In this document: positions 1 through 12,098 of the stretch, piece after piece
How the letters are laid out: the number at the start of each line of letters is the position of its first letter
How positions within the stretch are numbered: position 1 is the first letter of the stretch
Assembly: GCA_965112735.1 (NCBI GenBank)
Contig: OZ218953.1
Span: 2,542,001 to 2,606,000 of the forward strand
Direction: 5' to 3'
Source of the DNA: Phaeosaccion multiseriatum
Lineage: Eukaryota; Protista; Ochrophyta, other classes
DNA length: 64,000 nucleotides
Notes under the pieces: model-generated
Database searches by the model: none
The model's input: the letters and a program-made list of their open reading frames with translations, nothing else
Told to the model about the DNA's origin: nothing
Made by a program: the position numbers and the translations under genes

Positions 1-1130
1 GCCTTTCGCACCCTTCTCTCCCGCAGGGCGTTCGTTGTTGCCTCACAGCCTTCTTCCTCTGCCCCCTCCTCTTTCGTCCGTCAGTCCATTCCCCTCACAC
101 GACTCTCTCACTAATCGCTCATCCCTCACGCGCCCACGCTCCTTCACCGCGATGAGGCAAGACACATCCCATCCATGTCCATCTCCAGCGGTACTCACCC
201 CGCACGCACTACTCGTCGCCACTCGTTGTCAATCAATCACACGAGTGTGTTTTCTCTTCCTCCTCCTTCCGCGGCCCTGCCTCTGGCATCGCAGCAGCCC
301 GCAGTCCCCGTCTCGCTCTCTTCCTCCGCTCCTTGCCTCGTCTATTCCCAAGGGGTCTTGTTTTTCATTGTTTCGGCTTCTCGTCGCTCTGCTCTGCCCA
401 TCGGCCGGGGGGGGGGGCTGGCTGTGCTTGCTCCTTTCAGCTCCCCCCGCCCTCCACCTTCTTTCTCAATTCCTCCTCCGTCAGTCATCTTCTCCCTTCC
501 CTTCCCTTCCATCCATCCATCCCCAGCCACTGACGTATCCGCCCGTCGCCTCTTCTGCTGCTCCTTCCGCCAAGGTGCAGCGATTCCCTGTCATATCCAA
601 TCCATCCCCCCCCCAAGAGGAGAGGGGAATTATAACCCCCTCCCATGCCCCCCCCCCCCCGCCCGATCAGATGACGTGCATTGGCCACCCTTCTCCCCCC
701 CAGGGGAGCGTGTGCCATCAATCGCAGTACACTGGTATCGCTGTCCCCCCTTCACTGCTCGCCGTAGATATAACTTTATAAAGTCTCAAAACAATACCCA
801 ACTCCATGTCAGGTGTTCTCATGTTGTATCCGAGAAGACAAAAAAAAATCGGGATGAGCTCTGTAGGTCTTCGGCAGCACAAGTGTAGGCGCCGCTCGCT
901 GCTGTTCCCCTCTCCTCCCTTCCTCCTCCTCTTCCCATTCCTTCTCCCACCCCCCCCCCCCCCCAATCCGTTGCCACCTTCCTCGCACATCGTATCTCTC
1001 TCCCTCTCGACATTGACCCGGTCGGTCTCAAGAAGCGGTGCACTCTCCCCTCCGCCCTGCCTGCCACCTCACAATATGACTCTAAATATATAAAATATAC
1101 CGCACCTCTCATTCGCATGCGTTTGTCCCA

Positions 1131-4128
1131 TTATGAAGCCTCCACTTTATTCCGCTGCTGCTGCCCCTTGTAGCCTCCTCCTCCTCCTCCTCCTCCTCCC
1201 CCTCCTCCCTTGCCCCCCTCCGCTCCGTCCCGGTGGTCCCCTCCGCCCCTGCCCCCCTCTCCTCGGTCTCGTCGTCGCATGTTGTCCCTTCGGTCGTCTC
1301 CATGCCCCCCTCGGTCTCCTCCTCCCCCTCCTCCGCGGTTCCTGCGCTCTCCCCTGCCGGCACCCTCTCCGTCTCCCCTGTCCCGTCCGCCTCGCCCCCC
1401 TCTGTCAGCTCCTCGCCGTGAGCCGCGGTCACCACGCCCTCCTTCCCTGCGGTCGCCGCCGTCACGTCCTGTATGAGGTATCGACGCACAGAGACATGAG
1501 AGATACATAAGAGGCGGGCGGGCGGCAGGTGAGTGGACCGACAATGCCCGAGTAAGCTTCTGCATTCAAACAAATTCTCCTGACTCGCAGCCTCGCATGC
1601 CCTCCTGACTCGCAGACTTTCCATTCACAACAACGGTCGACATACACCAAAATTTCCTTCTCAACGTCTTGTACGCACACACATACATATATACATACAT
1701 ACATACATGCGGTCGCACAAAATTCAATTCAGGGAGCGGTAACTCACCCCCCTACCCCTCCGCGCGCACACGCCCATACACACACCCACCCACACACCAA
1801 CACTTCACACACCCACACACCCGATCGTCCTCCGCTGTGCCTGGGCTCGATAGTGAGCATCTTGTCCGCGAGGGCCATGGAGCGCTTGCCCTGCAGGGCG
1901 CGAGTCACGGCCTCGGTGCTGCTGAAGTCAACGAAGGCGAAGCCCCTGTCGCCCTTGACGCTGATGCCTGTGACGGTTCCGAAGTCCTTGAAGAGCTCCT
2001 GTTGGGTGTTGATTGGCGTTGTTGGGTGTTGATGGAGTGGGGTGTGGGGGTCGCAAGAAGGAGGGCGAGAGGGAAAAATGGAGAAGGGCGAAGGACAAGG
2101 ACAAGGCCAAAGGGCAAGGGCGGAGGGGTGCAGAACAACCAAGGAGAGAGGAGGCAGGGAAGGAAGGAAGGCAGAGGAACGAGGAACACGTATACACGTA
2201 TCTGATTATGGGGTGGGCGTATGGGAGTGAATGCTAAGAGCAGCACAGCAAGGTGCTTGAACAACGCCCAACAACTCTCCCTCTCTCTCTCTCTCTCCTA
2301 CAACTTCCTTCCCTCCCTCCCTCCCTCTCAATCCTTACCAGCAGCATGGTGTCAGTGACGGAGGCGTCGACGTTCTTGACGTACAGGCTCTGCGTGAATT
2401 TTCCGTCGCTGTTGGGGGTGTTGCCGGCAGGTGCAATGCCCGATGCCGAACTCGAGCCTCCGCCCCCCCCCCCTCCTGCTGCTACTCCACCGGCGGAGGC
2501 AGCAGAGGAGGACCCACCTGCCGAGGAGGAAGAAGCAGCGGCAGAAGAAGCAACAGCGACAGGTCCGTCTCCCCAGCCGGAGGAAGCGCCCGCTCCAGAG
2601 GCGGAGGAGGAGCCGGTGGCGGAAGACGAAGACGCATCGACAGCCCCCCCAGCGGCGCCGTTGGTGCCCGGTGCCTGCTGCTCCTGCTGCTGCGAAGTCT
2701 GCGCTCCTCCTCCCCCCCCGGCGGAGGAGATGGGGGCTGCGGACGCCGACGCGGCCTTGGCCTTGGCAGAGGCGCCCCTCTGCGCCATCTGGGCCCAAGT
2801 CTTGGGCACGTTGGAGTATTGCTGCGGGAAAGGCGACGTTTCCCTGGCCTGCTGCTGCTGCTGCTGCTGCGGCTGGCGCTGGCCTGTCGGGGAGCGGCTG
2901 CGGCTGCGGCCACCGCTCGCGCGCTGCTGTTGCTGCCCTCCTCCCTGTTCCTGTCCTGGCGTTACGCCGTTGGGCACCGGAGAATCATCCGCCGCTGCAG
3001 AGGAGGCCTTGGGAGAGGGGGGCTTGGTGGCGCCACCCTTGCTGCCCCCGTCCGTCTGGGCCGCAGCTGCTGCAGCCCCCTTGGGCTCATTCTCAGCGGT
3101 GCTCGTGTCCAGCGCCCCATTGGCGGCAGGCGTGGCATCTACCGCCGCTGCGGGGGTGGCAGAAGAAGAAGCCGCAGCCGGTGCCGCAGCCGGTGCCGGA
3201 GCCTGGGCCTGAGGAGCGCTTGGGGTCTTGGCGGTGGAAATGGCCATGACGGCAGCAGGAGAGCTGACGGGAGGAGCAGGGGAGGGCGTTACGGCTGTCG
3301 CGCCAGAGCCTGAGGAGCCAGAGGCCACTTTAGACGAGCCAGAGCCAGAGCCAGAGCCGGAGGAGGATGGCGTGCTCGGAGACACCACGTTGGTGGCAGA
3401 GGCAGCGGCGGAGGTAGAGGTGCCGTTGATGGTGTTGCTGTTGGAGGCCTCGCCGATGGGCACGAAGGAGGTGGAGGTATCCGACTCGTTGGAGGAGGAG
3501 GAAGCGGCGGAGTCGTCGAGGAACCGGAACACGTCGTTGAGCACATAGTAGTTGTTGCTCTTGCTGCCGTCCGAGGCCAGCGCTAGCACGAAGGTCTGTA
3601 GGAAGCAGCGCCGAGGCATCTTGGGTGATTTCATCATGCCCGTCACCACGAGCAGCAGGCGGGCGTCTGGGGGGCCGGGCAGACGGGGGTGAGGGTGGGA
3701 TGGGATGGGAGAGACGGAGAAGGTCAAGTGAGAGAAAGAGAGGGGGAAGAGGGGCAAGAAATAAAAACGTGAAGTAAAGCACACTCTTTATATTCTCCTT
3801 TTTCTTTCCTTTCCAAACATTGGGGGCGCTGAGTGTCACCGCGTGTCACAGCAGAGGACCAAGGAGGAGCTGCTGAATATGAATACGAACATGATGCCCC
3901 CCCCCCCCTCCCCGCCCTGCCCAACTCACCTCCGTCCACTGCCTGTACGTCAATGGATTTGATCTCTGTGCACGCGCCCGCGAGGTCAAGCGCCATGTCA
4001 AGCTCGGAGATCTGTGCCTTGATCGCCTCCAGCCCTGCCCACAAGAACGAGCAGGAAGGTGGGGAAGGAGGAGGAGCACGTCATGGACCATAACAACATT
4101 CACGAACGGACGAGAGGGGAGAGCAGAC

Positions 4129-4166
<38 letters not shown>

Positions 4167-4919
4167 GAGGAGGAGGAGGAGGAGTAGTAGCAGCAGGGGC
4201 CGGGGGAAACAATTGAGCAAGTGAAAGATCGCTGAAAGTGAGGCCCGCAGGACTGCATGAATCTATCTGCCTGCAGTGCTACTCCTCCTCCTCCTCCTCC
4301 TCCTCCTCCTCCTCCTCCTCCTCCTCCTCCCTGCTGCTCACTCACCGGTCACGTTCGAAACCTCCTGCTCCCCCTCGCTTTGGGCGCGGGAAGACTCCTC
4401 CTGCAAAAGGAAGAGCGCAAGAGAGAGAGAGAGAGAGATGAGAGACAGAGGTAGAGAGAGAGCAAGTGAGTGAGTGCGTGAGTGCGTGCGATACAGGAAT
4501 TATGATGAGCAGCGGGTACAATGCACACGAGCGCCGTCGCCGAGCGATCGGAAGAGCTTCAAGCCTTGGGTGCGTGGTGAGGCAAGTCTCTTTCCTCCCC
4601 CGACCCACTGACTTAGGGGGGTCACCTCTCGGACTCTCGTCTGGCCCCAATTGCTGCTTTTAAGCATGCCACCTCAATCAACATGAGTGGGAGAATGAAC
4701 AAGTCCGCTCCGCCCCGACTCCGTGGTGTTTTCTCTCTCACTTCTTTTCAATTCTTGTTCTCTGTTGTGCCCCTCACTCACCTTGTAGAATCGGACGAGC
4801 TGGTTAGGGGTCTTGCACAGCACCTTTCCATAGTACCACGTCATGAAGTTAGCAGCCACCTTCCTGGCGTGCGCAGAAGAGTTGGCGGCGCCATCGGCGG
4901 GGGTGGGAGAAGGGGACAT
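1131..4919 (-). CDS. G3BP/Rasputin-like stress-granule protein (NTF2 domain + disordered linker + RRM + RGG tail); ~6 exons
   Basis: Exons ~4919-4782 (RKVAANFMTWYYGKVLCKTPNQLVRFYK), 4400-4346, ~4034-3930 (EIKSIDVQ), ~3667-2338 (LLVVTGMM..FLQTFVLA..YYVLNDVFRFL; PKTWAQMA; SLYVKNV = RNP2), ~1998-1821 (RGFAFVDF = RNP1), ~1469-1131 (RG-rich, stop). GT-AG junctions in phase where checked. Confidence 0.9.
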
Positions 4920-6109
4920 TTGTCTGTCCTACTTGCTGCCGGGTGCGTGTGTGTGTGTGTGTGTGTATGTGTCGGGACCGGCCGAAAAGACGGTTTGAAG
5001 TGAAAAAAATTCCAAGCTTGTCAAGTAGCAGCACGGTGAGCGCTGCAGAGGGCCGAGGAAGGAGACTCAAGCGCAAGCCTCTACTGGGTGCGTGGGGACG
5101 GGGGCGGCAGACAGGAGGGTAGGGCGGGGCCAGGAGCGGCGGGAGCAGCGCGGGCAGCAGAAGGAGGGAGGAGAGAGGAGGGGCGTGAGGGTTGGGGGCA
5201 TCGGCGACGGGGGACTACAAGGGTCGAAAAAAAATACAAGTGGTACCTTTCCCTCCGCGGCAGGTTACAGAGCCTCGACCAGCAGAGCAACAAACACGCA
5301 CATCACACACAATTGGGAGCAGGGCAGATACCAGGCATCCGCATTTAAAGCAAATAGAGGGGGCAGAGTACCACCACCACGAGCAGCAGCAGCAGCAGCA
5401 GCAGCAACAACACACCACTTTTCAGGGAGCGCTAACAGAGGCATTACAGGCTGTGCTACAAAGCTCCGGTCAATGCCCCCATAGTAGTTGGCGAATGGCG
5501 GCGAGAGGGAGAAGCCAAAAGAGAATAAGTGCTGGACGTGTCCCGTACACGCTCCATTCCCTGCGCTCATTCCCCACCGCTTTTTTATTTGCTCCCCTCC
5601 ACTTTCCACCCCCACACTCTCTTCTCTCTAAACAAAAATCGACGCTCACGTCCACCCCTCCCCTCCTTCTCCCCTCCCTCCCCCCTCCCCCTCCCGCCTC
5701 TTCCCCTCTATTCCCTGTGCCTGCTCCGCTCGCTCTCAGTCTCTTTGTCCCCATCTACCCTCCCCCCCCCCTGCCTTCGTTGTCCGTCCCTTCATCACCC
5801 ACCTGCTGAAGACATGGTTACAAAGAGCTCACGAAGTAGAGCAAGAACAAGGGCTAACTGTGTGGGCACTCCTGACCCCTCTGTCCAGCTCTGCTCCTTA
5901 TCTCTCTCTCTTAGCGAAGCGTCTCTCTCCCCTTTGCGGTGCCCGGCTCAGTTAGCACGTCCACCCCGGGATATGTTATCGGCACCCCAGATGGCACTCT
6001 ATGCAGAAAAAATTCCTTCGAGCGCCCCCTTCTTGCATTTTAGGAGGCCTTGTGTGTTTACAATACGATAGGACCCCTGCCTTGACAGGCGAACGAGCCA
6101 ATTGAAAAC

Positions 6110-8288
6110 ATGAACGCAACCATGCATTTCGTGCTTGTCGCGCTGTTGATCGCGGTCGTCAGTGAGCGAGGGTCTGCTTTCCAAGGCACTTCTGTTGGCG
6201 TCGTCAGCGGCAGCTTCGGGAGGAGCAGGAGCAGCATCGGTGGCGGGAGAGACTGTGGATGGACTGGAGGCCTATCAATAGGGTGGGCTGCAAGGGGGAG
6301 CATCAGGTGAGGCTAAAGGAAAAGGCGGAAGGAGAAATGGGATCAATGGACCTTCCGAAAGGATACTTGGCCCAGCACTATGTCGCCTCGCTCAAGTAGA
6401 AGCTGTCTTGAGCTGTGGGCTAATTACGAGAGAGAACAAGGGAGAGATAGAGGTATTGGCCGCTTCTTTCTTATTCGTTTCTCTTCTCCAACCTTCCTCT
6501 TCATGCGCGCTGTTGGTGATATTTCTCGCTCTGGAACTCGCCGCCCCCGTCAATCCGTCCCTCTTTGTCGCCACTCAGCTCGGAAGCAGCTGAGGCACGC
6601 GGGGGGGGTGGATATGGCAGTAGCCAGAGAAGAAGCCACGTCTCCATGGCGGCAGACAGCGACGGCGAGAGTAAATTCATCAAGCAGAGCTCTCTTCCGG
6701 AGCGAGAAGCCTTCCTGCTCGAGCAGGCCAAGAACCTCATCTTCTCTGATATGGGCGTGGAGAAGCCCTATCTGCTGGCAGAGGACTTTATGCTGGTGCG
6801 CAAGTTCCAGGAGCCTCTCAACAAAGCCGAGTATATAAAGGTGAGGGGCGAGAGAATGGCGCTTGTGATGTGTCATGATCGGTGCTTCACCTATTGCCTC
6901 TTTCCCCCTTTCTTCTTGACACCTCTCTACCGCACCAACGCCCCCCCCCCTCTCCCTCTCTCCCCGTCCTGCTGTATGCCATACCACGTATATGCGTGAT
7001 GAAATGACGAAATGAACAACGCGATGCAGACTTTCGGCGAGCTGGGGCTAAGAGAGGCCATACCTGACCTCTATTGGAATGCACACGATTTCCGCCTCGA
7101 TGTTTATAATGCCAATCGCATGGAGTGCATAATCAGGCCCTCCGGACAGCACAAGGGCATCCTTAAGTACAAGGGCAAGGTGCGACATACACCATCCTAT
7201 CCTCTAGTTTGTCTCTGTCTGTCTCTCAATCCATCTTCTCTCTGCCTATCTACCTTTCTGTCTGAGCTTGCTCGAACGACATCACACCATCCCATCTATC
7301 TGTCTCTGGCTTGCTCGGCTCTTCCTTACTCATTTACTCATTAACTCACTCATCTCACTCACTGACTTATTCACTCACTCACGCGCTCACTCACTCATTC
7401 ATTCACTCACCCACTCACTCCCCCACACTTACTCACTCCCCCACTCTCACTCAACCACACCCCCACTCACTCACCCACACCCCCACTCACTCATTCTCAC
7501 CCTCTCCCTCACCCACCCACCCACCCACCCACCCACCCACCCATTGACTTACTACCCACCCACTCAGGAGCTACTCCCCACCTACAAGCGTGTAGACGGC
7601 GCACCTGAGGCTGTAAGTTTCAGTTTCAACGCCGCGGGGGAGTGTATCCGCATGACGACGGGCTTTTGCCTGGACAGGAGTGTGGGCAACACGGGGGCCG
7701 TAGGGGGGCTGTGGGGCATTCTGGAGGTCCGTGGTCTTGGGTGTGCTGGGCGTGTATGGGCGTGGGGGAGGGGGAGGGGGAGGGGAGGGAAAGGGAGCGG
7801 TGATGCAGGAGGAGGAGGATGCTGCAGGTGGAGTGGGGAGGGGGTTTAGGGGAGGGAGGGAGGGAGGGAGGGAGGGAGGGAGGGACGGAGGAGGGGAGGG
7901 AGGGAGGGGGGGAGGGAGGGACCCCTCTTTTCATCTCACCTGGAAAAGCTGCTGCTGTGGCTCTTGACGCAACGTGTCACTTTTCTCTCCCTTACCTCCT
8001 CTCCCTCCCCATCCCTTCAACTTGCTCTCCAACCACAACCGCACCACAACCGCACCACTACCGCACCACTACCGCACCACAACCGCACCACAACCGCAGG
8101 CAATCGGGTATGGGGTATCAGCGTGGGATTACAAAACCCCTGGAGATGTGAGTTGAGTCCTTTCCTTTCCATGAACAGGAAGGGAGGGGGAAAGGGCCGG
8201 ATCTCTCGTTCTGTCTCTCCGCGCTCTCCGTCTCTCTCCGCTCTCTGTCTCCCTCCTCTCCCTCTCTCTCTCTCTCTGTCATTCTCCC

Positions 8289-8325
<37 letters not shown>

Positions 8326-10737
8326 GTCTGTCTCTCTCCCTCTCTTTCTTGGCCTGTACATGCATCTATCGCGCCTCTGACTTCACTCCCTCCCTCCCGG
8401 CTCCGGCTCCCTCGCTCCCTCACTCCCTCACTTTCCCCTTCCCTCGCCGCCGGCTTACTAAACTACTGCACACACACACACACACAATATTAGGTGTTCG
8501 GCGATGTGTTTCGAAGGTCGCTGAGGAAAGATGGGAAGAAACCCCTCCCTCGCCCCCCTCTACCCGAGGGACTCATGATGGGCATAGCGAAGCAGGTCCG
8601 TCCGTCCGTCCGTCCGTCCGTCCTTCACCATTTCAAGTCTGAACTCAGTCCGCTTTAGTCCGTTCAAGTCCGTTTTCTTTGTCAGTGTGCATGTGTCGGT
8701 CTTACTCGACTTGTTGGTAGTCCGCCTTGGAGCGTAGTCCTTCTTTGTTCGTTCGCTTCCATGTGCCCGCCCGTCAACCTGCAAACGACCCAAGGGGCTG
8801 TGTCTAAGCTGACCCCTCCTCCTGCTCTCTCCTCCCTCCTCCTGCTCGCTCCTCCCTCCTCCTGCTGCATTCTTGCTGCTACTACCGCGTACCATATCAC
8901 CGTCTGGTACTGTATCACCAACTACTGTACCAGTTTATGGGCAGCTACTTCGACAAGCCTGCCATGTGTGCTGACCTGCTCGCACCCAAGTGTTCCCTCG
9001 TGGGCAGCACGGGGGGTGCACTCAAGAAGGACCAGCTGCTCGAATTCGCGGCAAACTATCAGGTGCGTGCAGTGCGTGCGTGCGTGCGTGCGTGCGTGTG
9101 TGCGTGCTCACCTTGCTCAAAAGCTTGTAATTTGTGTTCTTTTCCATCCTGTCTAAAGACCTTCCTCCCTTCTTTTCGCCGTCCTTCGCAGTTCTCTACC
9201 GTCGCTCCGGACGTGGAGGTGGTTACCTACGGGTACCGCCTTGACGCCTTCGACAAGGCTCGAGTGTGGATCCAAATGCGCGCAAAGGGCACCAACACGG
9301 TGCCTCTGACGCCCGAGGGGGCCGAGAAGGAGGTGAGTCTGACGTCTCATGTGCTCATCTACTCATCTGCTTTCGTCTTGGAATGCACGCCTCTTTGCTC
9401 TCTCTCTCTCTTGATTGTTTGACCAGGACGGAAGCCTCCCTGTTGACGAGTCAGTTTACCCCCCCCTCCCCCTCCCCCCTTCTTCTACCCGCACCCCCTC
9501 CTTCCCTTCCCCTCTCCTCCCCTCTGAACCCCGCCCCTCTCGACCGATTCAGGTACCGGCCACGGGCATAGAGTTTGAGACCGCGCCGGAATACTTTTCT
9601 CTGACCTTTGACAGGAGCGGATTCATTACAAAAGTCACCAGCGGCTATGTGATGGACACTTCTCAGGGTAATACCGCGGGTCTGCCCGGCCTGACGGGGG
9701 TGTATGAAGCCCTGGGGTACGCTCCGTCGCTCCTGTCCTCCCGGCCTCTGCAGGAAGGGATTCGGCTGTCTGTGAAGCAAGCGCTTGGAGGGTCGTTGCC
9801 TTCGTTGCCCTCGTTGCCTACGCTGCCCGAGCTGCCCAATCTTGTCGGCTCTTCTTCAGAGCCTGCCGTAAACAGGGTGCTCCCGCCCGGTGCGGCAGAA
9901 CAGCAGCAGGCACAGCAGCAGGCACAGCAGCAGGCACAGCAGCAGGCACAGCCGCAGGCACAGCCGCAGGTACGGCAGCAGGCACCAGCCGCTGCCGCTA
10001 AGGTCTCTCCGGCTTTGTCAACGCCCAAGGCCTCGTCCCTCGCACCCAAGGCAGCACCAAAGGCTGCACCAGCACCAGCAACAGCCAAGGCAGCACCAAA
10101 GGCGGCAGGACAAGCGAAGGCGTCGTCATCACTCTTTGGGGGCCTGTTCGGGACACCCGACAAGCGGGGGCAGAACAAGCAAGCAGCGGCAGCTCCCAAA
10201 GCAGCGGCACCTAAGCCATCACCCAAACCAGCACCCAAACTAGCACCCGCACCGGCACCCAAGGCCGCACCTAAGGCAGCAGCAGCAAAGCCAAAGCCGA
10301 AGCCGAAGCCGAAGCCGAAGCCAGCTGCAACGCCAGCATCCAAGCCTGCCTTTAGTCTCTTTGGAGGAGGGGGTAGCGCAACCCCGAACACGGCGGCTTC
10401 AAAGGGTTCAAAGGTTTCCAAGCTCACGCCTAAGCCCACGCCTAAGCCCACGCCCAAGCCTGTCGAAAAGAAGGTCGCGATGAAGGTGGAGAAGAAGGAG
10501 GGGAAGGAGGCACTGGCCGAAGTGCCTGCTCCAAGGCCAACAGCCGCGGCAGCAAAAGCAACACCAGCAACAGCAGCAGCAGCCAAGCAGAAGGCTTCAG
10601 CGCCTCCCAAGGCCCCTGCTGAGCCGAAGAAGAAGGAGGGAGGTGGAGGGGGGCTGTTCGGCAACATGTTTGGTGAACCAGTTCGCCTCGACCAGCCGGG
10701 CGTTCCGGAGCAAGTAGCACCCCTCAATAAGAAATAG
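6110..10737 (+). CDS. Plastid-targeted protein with two tandem NTF2/SnoaL-like domains and a long Pro/Ala/Lys-rich C-terminal tail; ~9 exons
   Basis: Signal peptide ending GSA-F (exon 6110-6306); exons ~6579-6840, 7030-7179, 7568-7726, 8100-8147, 8494-8595, 8934-9062, 9192-9331, 9553-10737. Two homologous units: FRLDVYNANR..APEAVSFSFNAAG..TTGFCLDRSVGNTGAVGGLWGILEAIGY and YRLDAFDKAR..APEYFSLTFDRSG..TSGYVMDTSQGNTAGLPGLTGVYEALGY. The fold assignment is from motif recognition only. Confidence 0.8.
8032..8099 (+). repeat. 11-bp tandem repeat (ACCACWACCGC)x6 ending in a 3' splice acceptor
   Basis: accacaaccgc accacaaccgc accactaccgc accactaccgc accacaaccgc accacaaccgc ag|GCAATC. Confidence 0.9.
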
Positions 10738-11383
10738 GTGGGGTCCGTCCGAACAGGGGAGAGATAAGATAGATAGATGGATAGATAGATGGATAAGGGG
10801 AGGTGGCGGGGGCGGGGTGGGTGGAGGGTGGATAGAGGGCAAGCAGCCAGGCCCGGGGGGAGGGAGGGGGCGGACAAAGGCTGTCCTTCTCACCCTCACC
10901 CCGGAGAGCCAAGGGCGGCATGGGTAGCAAGCAGGCGAGGGGGAGGCACTCAGTCGCTACATGTGGTTGGAATGGAGGGGAAGGGAAGGGAGCTCCTCCT
11001 TCCGGACCACCGTACCTTGCCGCTGGGTGAGTGAGTGAGTGGGTGTGAGTGGGTGTTAGTGGGTGTGAGCGGGTGCTGCCCTGCCGCCCTCAATGCTAGT
11101 GTGGGGTCCCAGAGAGCCGCACGAGGGGACAGGACGAGAGACCAGAGGACGGGGGCAGGTCATCTCAACCATACACTCTCTACTATGGACTATGGATGAT
11201 GCAAGGTGTGGCACCCACCCCTTGGTTCAGTCACTGTACTTTGTATGTACTGTACACTATGGTGTGTGCCCTCGCCACCCCTCCATCTTGGCACCAGAGG
11301 CGGCGGGGAGGTAACCAAACTGCGATTTGAGAGATTGATTGCAGAGGGGTGGGGGGGGGGAGTGAGAGGGAGAGAACGAGAAG

Positions 11384-11414
<31 letters not shown>

Positions 11415-11774
11415 CATTACTATTTGGAAAATACGTTTCGTATTCATGGATCTCAAGGTCTTTTATATTTCAAATCTTTACACAGTTAAATTAATTAAAG
11501 GGAAAAATCGCCCGTTTTTTGGGGGTCAGGCGGCAAGGGGGAGTGCTCTTGCAATAAAGCTGACAAGTAGGGAAGGGAAAAAGCGATGAAAGCCGAAAGA
11601 CTATGGATGGATGAATAGGCATCTCAAAAAGCTACACGAAGAGCTATAGCGCTTCTCCCAGCGTCATTTTGCTACTACAAGTGTCCAAAAACTATTTTCT
11701 TTAAAGCGATTTGGCGATTCTTATTTACGCAAATCGAGTGTTAAAAAAACAATATCGACATAGAGAGCAGAGAG

Positions 11775-12054
11775 CTATGTGAACAATGTTGACGATGACG
11801 ACGGAGGAGGAGGAGGGAAGAGCTCCGCTGCTGCTCGAGGTGCGAACAGGTCTGCCGGGGGAGGAGGAGGCACAGCACACGCAGAATCTGGTGCACTTCC
11901 CCCAGCAGTTGGTGATCCAGCGGCAGCAGTGAGGGAGAGCAGCAGCGCCATCTCCTCCTCACGCTGACAACGCTCCTCCCGCTGCTGGACGAGCTTGGCC
12001 TTGGTTTCCGCAATCATAGCACGCACGTGAGCGGCGTACTCTTTCTTGTCAAAC

Positions 12055-12098
<44 letters not shown>

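Noticed and set aside
1-1100. ORFs 35-781 and 175-888
   Set aside because: Pro/Ser-rich pyrimidine-tract translations with no recognisable domain; probably UTR or intron of a neighbouring gene, not resolvable.
1131-10737. Functional link between adjacent NTF2-fold genes (G3BP-like and plastid tandem NTF2-like)
   Set aside because: Different compartments and no visible sequence similarity; probably coincidence.
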